DNA from: an uncultured Alphaproteobacteria bacterium
Lineage (GTDB): Bacteria > Pseudomonadota > Alphaproteobacteria > Caulobacterales > Aquidulcibacteraceae
NCBI GenBank assembly: GCA_963732745.1
Contig: CAVTAT010000002.1
Location: 192,772-256,771 of the forward strand
Direction of reading: 5' to 3'
DNA: 64,000 nucleotides
Below the pieces are notes generated by a model. It did no database searches and was not told the origin of the DNA. It worked only from the letters and a program-made list of their open reading frames with translations. Shown here one piece after another: positions 11,405-21,882 of the stretch (positions are counted from its first letter, which is position 1; each line of letters opens with the position of its first letter). The translations under genes and the position numbers were made by a program.

Positions 11405-11926
11405 ATGCGTATTCTGTTGCTCGCTGCGATGATCGGAGCGCTAACCGCCTGCGCCACCGCCACGCCCTATCAACCCGCCGCGACTGATCGCTACGGTTTC
11501 CACGAACAGCAAATCGAAGCCAATCGGGTGCGCATCAGCTTTCGCGGCAATTCCCTGACTGATCGCGATACGGTGGAGAGCTATCTGTTGTTTCGCGCGG
11601 CGGAACTGACGCTGGCGAACGGCAAGGATTATTTCGTCGTCGCCAACCGCGACACCGAGGAGCACTCGCGCCTGCAGAGCCTGGGGCCGGCGCATTCACG
11701 CTTTGCTTTCGATTATTGGTATTTCTCACCGCGCCGCGGCTGGCGCGCTTGGGGCGATCCGTTTTGGGACGAGCCGATGAATTATCGCGAAATCACCCGC
11801 TACGAAGCCATCGCCGAGATCGCCATGTTCACCGGGGCCAAGCCCGCGGCGGATGCGAACGCCTTCGATGCGCGCGAAGTGCAGGCGAACCTGCAAGGTC
11901 GCATCGTCCGTCCGCCAGCGGGCTAG
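11405..11926 (+). CDS. Lipoprotein (CC0125/CC1285-like)
   Basis: Lipobox LTAC followed by ATATPYQPA; FRGNSLT..TVESYLLFRAAELTL; GGAG RBS. Confidence 0.8.
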   Translation: MRILLLAAMIGALTACATATPYQPAATDRYGFHEQQIEANRVRISFRGNSLTDRDTVESYLLFRAAELTLANGKDYFVVANRDTEEHSRLQSLGPAHSRFAFDYWYFSPRRGWRAWGDPFWDEPMNYREITRYEAIAEIAMFTGAKPAADANAFDAREVQANLQGRIVRPPAG

Positions 11927-11929
11927 CGC

Positions 11930-11997
11930 TGGACCGCGCGTCTTCAGACGCGCATGGCGCCGGGGTAAAAAGAGCGAGCCTGAAGGCTCGCGGTCCA
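11930..11997. repeat. REP doublet (REPIN-like), family A copy 1; between convergent genes
   Basis: GGACCGCGCGTCTTCAGACGCGC - spacer - GCGAGCCTGAAGGCTCGCGGTCC; first 25 nt identical to the copy at 16867. Confidence 0.8.
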
Positions 11998-11999
11998 AG

Positions 12000-13184
12000 T
12001 TAACCCCCTTCGCCCAAAAACCGCTTCAAATTGCGGGCGGCTTGGCGGATGCGCTGTTCGTTTTCGACCAGGGCGATGCGCACGAATTTGTCGCCGTATT
12101 CGCCGAAGCCCGCGCCGGGCGCGACCGCGAGCTCGGCGCCTTCCATTAGCTGTTTAGCAAATTCGACCGAGCCGAGGTGCTGGAACTTTTCCGGCAAAGG
12201 CGCCCAGCAAAACATCGAGGCGCTCGGCTTCGGCACATTCCAGCCGGCGCGGGCAAAGCTATCGATCAGCGCGTCGCGGCGGCTTTTGTAAATCTGCCGC
12301 ATCTCTTCGACGCATTCTTGCGGGCCGTTCAGCGCGGCGGCGGCGGCGACTTGGATCGGCGTGTAAGCGCCGTAGTCCAGATACGATTTCACCCGCGCCA
12401 AAGCCGCGATCAGCCGCTCATTGCCGAGCGCGAAGCCAACGCGAAAGCCGGCCATCGAATAGGTCTTCGACAGCGTGTTGACTTCGACGGCGACATCCGC
12501 CGCGCCTTCGACCTGCAATACTGAAGGCGGCGGCTCGCCATCGAAATAAATTTCCGAATAGGCCATGTCGGACAGCAAGAACATGTCGTGCTTCTTGGCG
12601 AACGCCACCGCCTCTTTGTAGAAATCGAGCCCGGCGGTTTGGGCCGTGGGGTTGGCGGGGTAGCAGGTGACCAAGGCGATGGGGGGCGGCACCGAATGGC
12701 GCACGGCGCGGCCGATGCCGGAGAGATATTGTTCCGGACTATGCGCTTCGATGTGACGAATGACGCCGCCGGCCATGACAAAGCCGAAAGCGTGGATTGG
12801 GTAAGAGGGATTGGGGCTGAGGATGACATCGCCCGGCGCGGTCATGGCCTGGGCGAGGTTGGCGAAGCCTTCCTTGGAGCCGAGCGTGGCGACGATTTGC
12901 CGGTCGGGGTCGAGCTTCACGCCGAAGCGGCGGTCATAATAGCCAGCCATCGCCTTGCGCAGACCAGCGATTCCGCGCGAGGCGGAATAGCGATTGGTGC
13001 GGGGCTTGCGCGCGGTCTCGCACAGTTTTTCGACAATGTGCTCCGGCACCGGCAAATCCGGATTGCCCATGCCGAAATCGACAATATCAACGCCCTTGGC
13101 GCGCAACCGCGCCTTCACCTTGTTCACCTCCTCGAACACGTAAGGCGGCAAGCGGCGGATCTTGTAGAATTCAGCGGAGGACAT
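12000..13184 (-). CDS. PLP-dependent class I/II aminotransferase (AlaC / LL-diaminopimelate aminotransferase-like)
   Basis: FYKIRRLPPYVF, DFGMGNPD, TLGSKEG, SDMAYSEIYFDG and TLSKTYSMAGFRVG motifs. Confidence 0.9.
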   Translation of the reverse strand: MSSAEFYKIRRLPPYVFEEVNKVKARLRAKGVDIVDFGMGNPDLPVPEHIVEKLCETARKPRTNRYSASRGIAGLRKAMAGYYDRRFGVKLDPDRQIVATLGSKEGFANLAQAMTAPGDVILSPNPSYPIHAFGFVMAGGVIRHIEAHSPEQYLSGIGRAVRHSVPPPIALVTCYPANPTAQTAGLDFYKEAVAFAKKHDMFLLSDMAYSEIYFDGEPPPSVLQVEGAADVAVEVNTLSKTYSMAGFRVGFALGNERLIAALARVKSYLDYGAYTPIQVAAAAALNGPQECVEEMRQIYKSRRDALIDSFARAGWNVPKPSASMFCWAPLPEKFQHLGSVEFAKQLMEGAELAVAPGAGFGEYGDKFVRIALVENEQRIRQAARNLKRFLGEGG

Positions 13185-13233
13185 GGGGGGGATGGTGCGC
13201 GAATTTGGGGTGGGGCTCAAGGGCGGCGCCGGC

Positions 13234-13579
13234 TCATGCCTCCACCGGCGCGAGCAAGGCCAGCATCTTTTTTGGGTCGCGTTCAATCGCCAGCAAGAGC
13301 GCGCGCGGGAGCGTCTGGGGTCGAGCGCCGCTGTTCCCAATCGCGCAGCGTCGTCAGCGGCAGATGGAAGGCGATTGCAAACTCTTGCTGGGTCAGCCCC
13401 ATCGATTGGCGGAGCGCCTTCACCCGCGAAACGCGCCGCATGGTCTTGAGCTGCGCCGGGCTGAGCGGCTGCGCATCCGGGTCGGCGAGCGCGGCCTGGC
13501 GCACCTGTGCGTCCGACATCGCCTTCAGCCGCGGCCAATCGGTTGCGCCTTTACGGTCACCAGATTTCGCGATGGTCAT
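13234..13579 (-). CDS. XRE/HTH antitoxin-like protein, frameshift near 3' end
   Basis: TDWPRLKAMSDAQV..AALADPDAQPL...LRQSMGLTQQEFA..FHLPLTTLRDWEQRRSTPDAPARA. Confidence 0.75.
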
Positions 13580-13624
13580 CGGTTTTCTTCATGGCTTGAG
13601 CAAAAGCCAGCAGTTTAAAACACA

Positions 13625-13729
13625 CACCCATTCCCGGGGCGTTGCGAAGAAACGAGCCCGGGACCCATAAACACGATGCGTGGCGTTTATGGGCCCCGGA
13701 CTGCCGCTTCGCGCCATCCGGGGATTGGT
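13625..13729. repeat. About 105-bp nested palindromic intergenic element, family B copy 1
   Basis: Shares CCCATAAACAC and GGCGTTTATGGGCCCCGGACTG with 34367-34473; imperfect terminal inverted repeats. Confidence 0.75.
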
Positions 13730-13772
13730 GTAGCGATTCGACTTGAACCCCGCTCGCTCAAGCGCCCCCTCA

Positions 13773-13809
13773 ACCCACAAAACAGGCGCCTACGCCCAAA
13801 ATTTAAGCA
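13773..13809 (+). promoter_or_regulatory. Possible tandem NtrC-type sites upstream of amtB
   Basis: CGCCCAAAATTTAAGCA and a weaker upstream ACCCACAAAACAGGCG resemble NtrC-like sites; context is nitrogen assimilation. Confidence 0.35.
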
Positions 13810-13906
13810 AACCCCACCCCATCATCCCCGCATTCCCCCGCCGCGCTTGCCCCGAGCGCCTGTTCCCGGTGCAAATCGGCTCGACCAGTTTGACGGGAGT
13901 CTCGGC

Positions 13907-15323
13907 ATGAAATTTTCTGAATTCGCTCGCGCAATCGGCTTGGGAGCGGCGTTCGCCGCGTTCGCCCCCGCCTTGGCATTCGCCCAGGAAGCGGCGGCGC
14001 CGACCATCGACAAGGGCGACACGGGCTGGATGCTTGTCTCCACCGTACTGGTGCTGGCGATGATCATTCCCGGCCTGGCGCTGTTCTATGGCGGCCTGGT
14101 GCGGGCCAAGAATTTGGTTTCGCTGCTTTCACAAGTGTTCGTGGTCACCGCCATCGGCATGGTGATGTGGCTGCTGGTCGGCTACAGTCTGTCATTCACC
14201 GATGGGGGAGGCCTCAACCGTTTCGTCGGCGGCCTCGGCAAGGCGTTTCTGGCCGGCGTCGATCCTTCGACCTGGGTGGAGACTTTCTCGGTTGGGGTGG
14301 CGATCCCAGAACTGGTTTTCGTCGCCTTCCAGATGACTTTCGCCTGCATCACCACGCGCGCTTGTGCTCGGCGGCGTGGCTGAGCGGGTCAAGTTCAGCA
14401 CTGTGGTGATTTTTTCGATCCTGTGGCCGGTCGTTGTTTATTACCCGATGGCGCACATGGTTTGGTGGTGGGGCGGGCCGATCATGGCCTCCGATCCGGC
14501 CAACGCTGCAGCGGTCTCCGCAGGCGCGGGCTTGATCTGGAGCTTTGGCGCGCTTGATTTCGCCGGCGGCACCGTGGTGCACATCAATTCAGGCATCGCG
14601 GCGCTTGTTGGCGCGATCCTGCTCGGTAGCCGCACTGGCTACCGCAAGGAACCGATGCCGCCGCACAACCTCGCCTTCACCCTGATCGGCACAGGCATGT
14701 TGTGGGTCGGGTGGATTGGCTTCAACGCCGGCTCCAACCTTGAAAGCAACGGCTATGCCGCCTTAGCGCTGGTCAACACTTTCGTGGCCCCGGCGGCGGC
14801 GGCGCTGTCCTGGATGCTCACGGAGTGGATTTTCAAGCGCAAGCCGAGCCTTTTGGGCCTCGCTTCGGGCGCGGTGGCGGGGCTTGTTGTCATCACCCCG
14901 GCCGCCGGTTTCGCCGGACCGGCTGGGGCAGTGGTGCTCGGGCTGGTGGTCTCGCCCTTGTGCCTGCTCGCATGCTCGGCGTTGAAGTCCTGGCTCAAAT
15001 ATGACGACAGCCTCGACGTTTTCGGAATCCACGGAATTGGCGGCATTGTCGGCGCCATCGGCACCGAAATCGTCGTCAGCCCCGCGCTCGGCGGCGCCGG
15101 TATTGTCGATTACGCCAATGGCGGCGCGGCGGTCTATCCCGGCATGGCTGCGCAAGTGCTAGCCCAGGCCAAGGGCGTGGCTGTGACCATCGCCTGGTCG
15201 GCGGTCGGCAGCCTGATCGTTTGGGTCGTCGCGCGCGGCTTGACCGGCGGGCGCGTCAGCAAGGAAACCGAGTTTGAAGGGCTCGATTACCAGGAGCATG
15301 GCGAAGTCGCTTACCACCAATAG
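13907..15323 (+). CDS. amtB: Ammonium transporter AmtB, frameshifted
   Basis: GDTGWMLVST, PGLALFYGG, FQMTFACIT, LDFAGGTVVHINSG, WIGFNAGS and YDDSLDVFGIHG motifs. Confidence 0.95.
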
Positions 15324-15415
15324 CGACTATACCTGAGGCAAGATGTTCCTTGAACTGAGCGAAAATCGCGCCACAAAGGATACATCTTGCCTCATTCAGG
15401 CTTTGGAGAGCGTTC

Positions 15416-16849
15416 ATGGTCGAACGCATGTTGAAGTTCACCAGCATCGAGAGCGGGCCGCCCGAAAAGCGGCCTGCTTCCGCGCGCGCCGGCGACTTCC
15501 ACGAAATCCACCGTCAATTCATCGCCGAGAAGGCGGCCGAGCAGGCGGCGCGCTGCTCGCAATGCGGGGTGCCGTTCTGCCAGACCCATTGTCCGCTGCA
15601 AAACAACATTCCCGATTGGCTTAAGCTCACCGCCGAGGGCCGGCTGGAAGAGGCCTATCAACTTTCCGCCGCCACCAATCCGATGCCGGAAATCTGCGGC
15701 CGCATCTGTCCGCAGGACCGTTTGTGCGAAGGCAATTGCGTCATTGAGCAAAGCGGCCACGGCGCGGTGACCATCGGCGCGGTCGAAAAATATCTTACGG
15801 ACACAGCCTGGGATCGCAATTGGGTTGCCCCGCTGAGGCCGGGGCGCGATCGCGGCCAAAGCGTCGGCATTATCGGCGCGGGCCCTGCGGGGCTGGCGGC
15901 GGCGGAAAATCTGCGCGGGCGCGGCTATCGCGTCATCGTCTACGATCGCCACGATCGCATCGGCGGCTTGCTGGTCTACGGCATCCCGAATTTCAAGCTC
16001 GACAAGGACGTAGTGGCGCGGCGCGCCCAACGGTTGATCGATGGCGGCGTCGAGTTCGAACTCGGCTGCAATGTCGGCGAGACCGTCGCCTTCGACGAAT
16101 TGCGCCAGCGTCACGACGCCTTGCTGATCGCGACCGGCGTTTACGCCGCGCGTCCGTTGCAAACGCCGAACGCGGATCTGGCCCAGCCGGCGCTCGATTA
16201 TCTGATCGCCGCCAACCGCGTCGGTCTCGGCGATGACGTGCCGGCATTCGCCGATGGAACGCTCAACGCCGCCGACCGGCGCGTGGTGGTGATCGGCGGC
16301 GGCGACACGGCGATGGATTGCGTGCGCACGGCGGTGCGCCAGGGCGCCAAAAGCGTCACCTGCCTCTATCGGCGCGACCGCGCCAACATGCCCGGCTCGC
16401 AGCGCGAAGTGGGCTATGCCGAGGAAGAGAGCGTATTGTTCGATTGGCTGGCGCAACCGAAGGCGTTGCAAGGCGGCAAGGCGCCGGGTGTCAAAGCCGT
16501 GCGCATGCGGCTCGGGCAGGCCGATGCTTCCGGGCGCCAGGCGCCGGAACAAACGCCGGGCAGCGAATACAATGTTCACGGCGATCTTATCATCGCCGCG
16601 CTCGGCTTTGACGCCGAGGATTTGCGCGCCAAGTGGAACCTGCCACAGCTCGAAACCGCGCGCACCGGCGCTCCCCATATCGACCCGCGCACCTATTCCA
16701 CCAATCTTCCAGGCGTGTTCGCCGCCGGCGACATCGTCCGCGGCGCATCATTGGTCGTGTGGGCGCTAAAAGAGGGTTGCGAGGCGGCCGAAGCGATGCA
16801 CGTGTTCCTGCTCGAACGCGTCGCTTCCGCGCGCGTCGCCGCAGAGTAA
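15416..16849 (+). CDS. gltD: Glutamate synthase small subunit
   Basis: RCSQCGVPFCQTHCP, CGRICPQDRLCEGNC, GAGPAG and GGGDTAMDC motifs. Confidence 0.95.
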   Translation: MVERMLKFTSIESGPPEKRPASARAGDFHEIHRQFIAEKAAEQAARCSQCGVPFCQTHCPLQNNIPDWLKLTAEGRLEEAYQLSAATNPMPEICGRICPQDRLCEGNCVIEQSGHGAVTIGAVEKYLTDTAWDRNWVAPLRPGRDRGQSVGIIGAGPAGLAAAENLRGRGYRVIVYDRHDRIGGLLVYGIPNFKLDKDVVARRAQRLIDGGVEFELGCNVGETVAFDELRQRHDALLIATGVYAARPLQTPNADLAQPALDYLIAANRVGLGDDVPAFADGTLNAADRRVVVIGGGDTAMDCVRTAVRQGAKSVTCLYRRDRANMPGSQREVGYAEEESVLFDWLAQPKALQGGKAPGVKAVRMRLGQADASGRQAPEQTPGSEYNVHGDLIIAALGFDAEDLRAKWNLPQLETARTGAPHIDPRTYSTNLPGVFAAGDIVRGASLVVWALKEGCEAAEAMHVFLLERVASARVAAE

Positions 16850-16866
16850 CGCCGATGCGTCGCCAC

Positions 16867-16934
16867 GGACCGCGCGTCTTCAGACGCGCATCATCACCTT
16901 CGCCAGCAAAAGCGCGTCTGAAGACGCGCGGTCC
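16867..16934. repeat. REP doublet (REPIN-like), family A copy 2; in the gltD-gltB spacer
   Basis: GGACCGCGCGTCTTCAGACGCGC - spacer - GCGCGTCTGAAGACGCGCGGTCC, a perfect 23-bp inverted repeat. Confidence 0.85.
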
Positions 16935-16940
16935 AAGGAT

Positions 16941-19900
16941 ATGAACCACACGCACGCTGAAACGCAGCGCTACCAGCGCGAGGCCGCAAGGCTGGAGCGC
17001 GAAGGGCTCTACAGCGCCTGCGACGAGCGCGATGCGTGCGGCGTCGGCCTGGTGGTCGCCATTGACGGCAAGCCGCGTCGCGATGTGGTGACGCTGGCGC
17101 TGTCGGCGCTGAAAGCGGTGTGGCATCGCGGCGCCGTGGATGCCGATGGCAAGACCGGCGACGGGGCCGGCATTCTGCTCGAACCGCCGCAAGGTTTTTT
17201 CCGCGAAATCGTCGAGCGCACCGGCCACAAGCCCGGCGAGCGTACGATTTTCGTCGGCCAGATTTTCCTGCCGCGCAACGATTTCGCCGCCCAGGAGCGG
17301 GCGCGCGTGATTGTTGAAAGCGAGATCATCCGCGCCGGTTTTTCGCTCTACGGCTGGCGGCAGACGCCGATCGACATTGGCGCGCTCGGCGAAAAAGCAA
17401 ACGCCACCCGCCCAGAAATTGAGCAAGTGCTGTTCCACGATCCGCAAATGCGCGGCGGTGAGAATGTCGATCGCGACTTGTTCATCTGTCGCCGCCGCAT
17501 CGAGACGCGCGCGCTGGCCGCGAATATCACCGAGCTTTATGTCTGCTCGCTGTCGGCGCGCACGCTGATCTACAAGGGCATGTTCCTGGCCCAACAGATC
17601 GACGCCTTCTATCCCGATTTGCGCGACGAGCGTTTTGTTTCGTCAGTGGCGCTCTATCACCAGCGTTATTCCACCAACACCTTCCCGACCTGGCGCTTGG
17701 CGCAGCCGTTCCGCATGCTCGCCCATAATGGCGAGATCAACACGCTGAAGGGCAACGTCAATTGGATGAAGAGCCACGAAATCCGCATGACCTCCGATGC
17801 GTTCGGAGCGGCGGACGCGATGGTGAAGCCGGTGGTGCAGCCGGGCGGCTCGGATTCGGCTGCGCTCGACAACGTGTTCGAAGTGCTGGTGCGCGCCGGC
17901 CGCTCGGCGCCGATGGCCAAGAGCTTGCTGGTGCCGGAGGCCTGGGCGAAATCGAAAACCATGAAGCCCGAGCACCGCGCGCTCTACGCTTATTGCAATG
18001 CGGTGATGGAGCCGTGGGACGGGCCGGCGGCGCTGGCGATGTACGACGGCCGCTGGGCGGTCGCCGGCCTTGATCGCAATGGCTTGCGGCCGTTCCGCTA
18101 CGCGCTCACTGGCGACGGCTTGCTGGCGGTGGGGTCGGAAACCGGCATGTGCCCGCTCGATGATCGCGACGTGCGCGAACGAGGCCGGCTCGGCGCGGGC
18201 CAAATGGTGGCGGTCGACACCAAGGAAGGCCGGCTCTACCGACACGAGGAACTCGTCGATGTGCTGGCGGCGCAACACCCCTATGGCGAGTGGCTTTCCA
18301 ACGTAATCGATCTCGACGCCAAGCTGAAGGGGCCGGAGCCGCGCCTGTTCGAAAACCGTACGGATTTGCTTTCGCGCCAATGCGCGGCGGGGTTCTCGAT
18401 CGAGGATCTCGAATTACTGCTCGCGCCGATGATGGAGGAGGGCAAGGAGGCCATCGGTTCGATGGGCGACGACGCGCCGCTGGCGGTGCTCTCCGATCGC
18501 GCCCGCCCGCTGTCGCACTATTTCCGGCAGAATTTCAGCCAGGTCACCAATCCGCCGATCGACGCCCTGCGCGAAGATCGGGTGATGAGTTTGGGCACGC
18601 GCTTCAAGAACCTGGGCAACATACTGGCGCAGGACAAAACCCAAACCAATGTCTACCTGCTCTCAAGCCCGATCCTCAGCAACGGCATGTTCGACCGCCT
18701 GATGGCCGAATTCGGCGCCGATGTCGCGCGCATCGATTGCACGTTTGAGATCGGAACATCAGGCCCGCAGGAAGCGCTGCGCGCGGCTTTGGATCGCATT
18801 CGCGCGGAAGCCAAGGCGGCGATCGAGGCGGGCTGCTCGCACATCGTGCTGAGCGACGAAGCGCAGGGGCCGGACCGAATCGCTTGCCCAATGATCCTGG
18901 TCACGGGCGGGGTGCACAATCATCTGGTGGACGAGGGCCTGCGCACGTTTTGCTCGCTCAGCGTGCGCGCCAGCGAATGCCTGGACACGCATTACGCCGC
19001 CGTGCTGATCGGCGCCGGCGCCACCACTGTGAACCCTTATTTGGCGTTCGCCAGCGTCGCCGATCGTTGCGCGCGCGGGCTCTCGGGCGGGCTTTCGCCG
19101 GAGCAGGCGGCGGCCAATTATCGCGCCGCCCTGGAAGCGGGGCTGCTCAAGATCATTTCGAAAATGGGCATCGCGGTGATTTCATCCTATCGCGGCGGGC
19201 TGAATTTCGAAGCGATCGGGCTTTCGCGCGCCTTGGTGGATGAATTTTTCCCTGGTCTCACCAGCCGGATTTCCGGCATTGGCCTGGGCGGCATCGCGCA
19301 TGAGGCCGCCGAACGCCATGCCAGCGCGTTTGAGCGCCAAGTGCTGAGCCTGCCCATGGGCGGCCTCTATCGCAACCGCGCATCCGGCGAACGCCATGCG
19401 CTGGAGGCCGACCTCATCCACCAGCTGCAGTCGGCGTGCAATTCCGGCGACTATCAATTGTACAAGAAATATTCGGCGCGGGTGCGCGAGCGGCGCCTCG
19501 GCGAACCGATCCAATTGCGCGACTTGTTGGAGATGCGCGAGGTTTCAAGCCTGTTGCCGATGCAGGAGATCGAAAGCGTCAACGAAATCCGCAAACGCTT
19601 CGTCACGCCCGGCATGAGCCTCGGCGCTCTGTCTCCCGAAGCCCATGGTACGCTGAACATCGCCATGAACCGCATCGGCGCGCGCTCGGTTTCGGGCGAG
19701 GGCGGGGAGGATCCGGCGCGCTACCAGCCCATGCCCAATGGCGACGACGCCAATTCCGCCATCAAGCAGATAGCCTCGGGCCGGTTCGGCGTCACCGCCG
19801 AATATCTCAACCAGTGCCAGGAGATCGAGATCAAGGTGGCGCAAGGCGCCAAGCCCGGCGAAGGCGGGCAATTGCCGGGCTTCAAGGTCACCGAGCTGAT

Positions 19901-21491
19901 CGCGCGCCTGCGTCACGCCACGCCGGGCGTGAGCTTGATCTCGCCGCCGCCGCACCATGACATCTATTCGATCGAGGATTTGGCGCAGTTAATCCATGAT
20001 CTGAAGCAGATCAATCCGGACGCGACTGTGTGCGTGAAACTGGTGTCGCAATCGGGCATCGGCACCGTGGCCGCGGGCGTGGTCAAAGCTGGCGCGGACG
20101 CGATCCTGATTTCCGGGCACGTTGGCGGCACTGGCGCGAGCCCGCAAACCTCGATCAAATACGCGGGCATTCCCTGGGAGATGGGGCTCGCCGAATCGCA
20201 TCAGGTGCTGATGCTCAACAATTTGCGCCACCGCGTGCGGCTGCGCACCGATGGCGGCCTGCGCACCGGGCGCGATATCGTTGTCGCCGCCATACTGGGG
20301 GCGGAAGAGTTTGGCATCGGCACCGCATCCTTGGTGGCGATGGGCTGCCTGATGGTGCGCCAATGCCATTCCAACACCTGTCCGGTCGGCGTCTGCACCC
20401 AGGACGAGGCGCTGCGCCAGCGCTTCACCGGCACCGCCGACAAGGTGGTCAATCTGATGACTTTCATCGCCGAAGAAGTGCGCGAGATACTCGCCCTGAT
20501 CGGCTTTCGTTCGCTCAATGAGATCATCGGCCGCACTGATTTGATCGCCCAGATCAGCCGCGGCGCCGAACATCTGGACGATATCGACCTCAACCCGCTG
20601 CTGGTGCGAGTGGATAGTCCCCACCCGCCCTATTGTACGCGCGTGGGCCGCAACCAACCGCACCCCGCGCTCGACCAGGAATTCCTCGCCAACGCGCCGG
20701 CGTTTTTCGAGAGCGGCGACAAGCGACAGCTGAATTTCAGCGTCCGCAACACCCATCGCTCCATTGGCGCGCGCGCCTCGGCGCATGTTGTACGCAAATT
20801 CGGGATGAACGCGTTGCCCGAGGGGCGGCTGCAGAGTGCTGCTTAGCGGCTCGTGCGGGCAGAGCCTCGGCGCTTTCCTGGTGCAGGGCATAGAATTGGA
20901 CGTCACCGGCGACGCCAACGATTATGTCGGCAAGGGTCTGTCGGGCGGCCTGATTGCGCTGAAGCCGCGCCCGCAAGACGCCAAGGCCGCGCGCGCCAAC
21001 GCCATTATCGGCAATACCTGTCTTTACGGCGCCACCGCGGCAAATTGTTCGCCGCCGGTTTGGCTGGCGAACGTTTCGCAGTGCGCAATTCCGGCGCGAC
21101 CGCGGTGATCGAAGGCTGCGGCGCCAATGGCTGCGAATATATGACTGGCGGCGCAGTTGTCGTGCTCGGCGCGGTGGGCGAAAATTTCGGCGCGGGCATG
21201 ACCGGCGGCATGGCGTTTGTTTACGATCCAAGCGAGCGCTTCGCCTTGATGGTCAATGCCGACACCGTCGTCTGGAATCGCCTCGCGTCGGCCCATTGGG
21301 AGGGCGTATTGCGGGCTCTGCTTGAAGCGCACGTCGCTCACACGGGCTCGGTGCTGGCCCAGGAAATGCTCGACGGCTGGCAAATCCAAAGCCGTCATTT
21401 CTGGCAAATTTGCCCCAAGGAAATGCTCGCTCGCTTGGTTGCGCCGCTCGACGACCGGGCCGGATCGCTGGCGCGGGCGGCTGGCGTTTGA
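16941..21491 (+). CDS. gltB: Glutamate synthase large subunit (frameshifts in the C-terminal GXGXG domain)
   Basis: DACGVG, HRGAVDADGKTGDGAG, HQRYSTNT, MEPWDGPA, QGAKPGEGGQLPG, CHSNTCPVGVC and ERFAVRNSGA motifs. Confidence 0.96.
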
Positions 21492-21555
21492 CCTTGCCGT
21501 AAAGGGGCGCAGATGCGATAGGCGAGCGCATGTTTTCTTTTGAGGAGTGCACGCA

Positions 21556-21771
21556 ATGGCTGGCGCAAGCAAATGTCCCAAATGCGGCAAGACGGTCGCG
21601 AAGCTGCTGATTGAGCCGATCCAGGCCGGGTTGGACAAGAAGGCTTTCCCGGCGGTCGTGTTTTCGTGCCCATCCTGCAACACAATACTTGGGGCCCAGA
21701 TTGACCCTGTGACCGTCAGCGCCAGCACCGCAAAGCGCGTCGCCACCGCGCTAAGGGGCGGCAAGGCGTAA
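21556..21771 (+). CDS. Small zinc-ribbon-like protein (2 x CxxC)
   Basis: CPKC...CPSC in 71 aa; GAGGAG RBS 8 nt upstream. Confidence 0.65.
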   Translation: MAGASKCPKCGKTVAKLLIEPIQAGLDKKAFPAVVFSCPSCNTILGAQIDPVTVSASTAKRVATALRGGKA

Positions 21772-21882
21772 AGCCTGACGATAAGCCGCGCCTACTGGAC
21801 TCGGCCAATCCCCATTGGGCGTGATACAAGCCCGGGAAGAAAGGCGACGGGGATTTTGGAGCGCGCGAGGCACTGGGCGGAC

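Noticed and set aside
12000-13538. 512-aa aminotransferase with N-terminal extension
   Set aside because: The extension overlaps the HTH gene in another frame; family similarity begins at 13184.
13820-13900. Sigma54 promoter for amtB
   Set aside because: TTGC is present but there is no GG at the required -24 spacing.
15392-16678. Long antisense ORFs opposite gltD and similar ones opposite other genes
   Set aside because: Expected shadow ORFs in high-GC coding DNA; no motifs.
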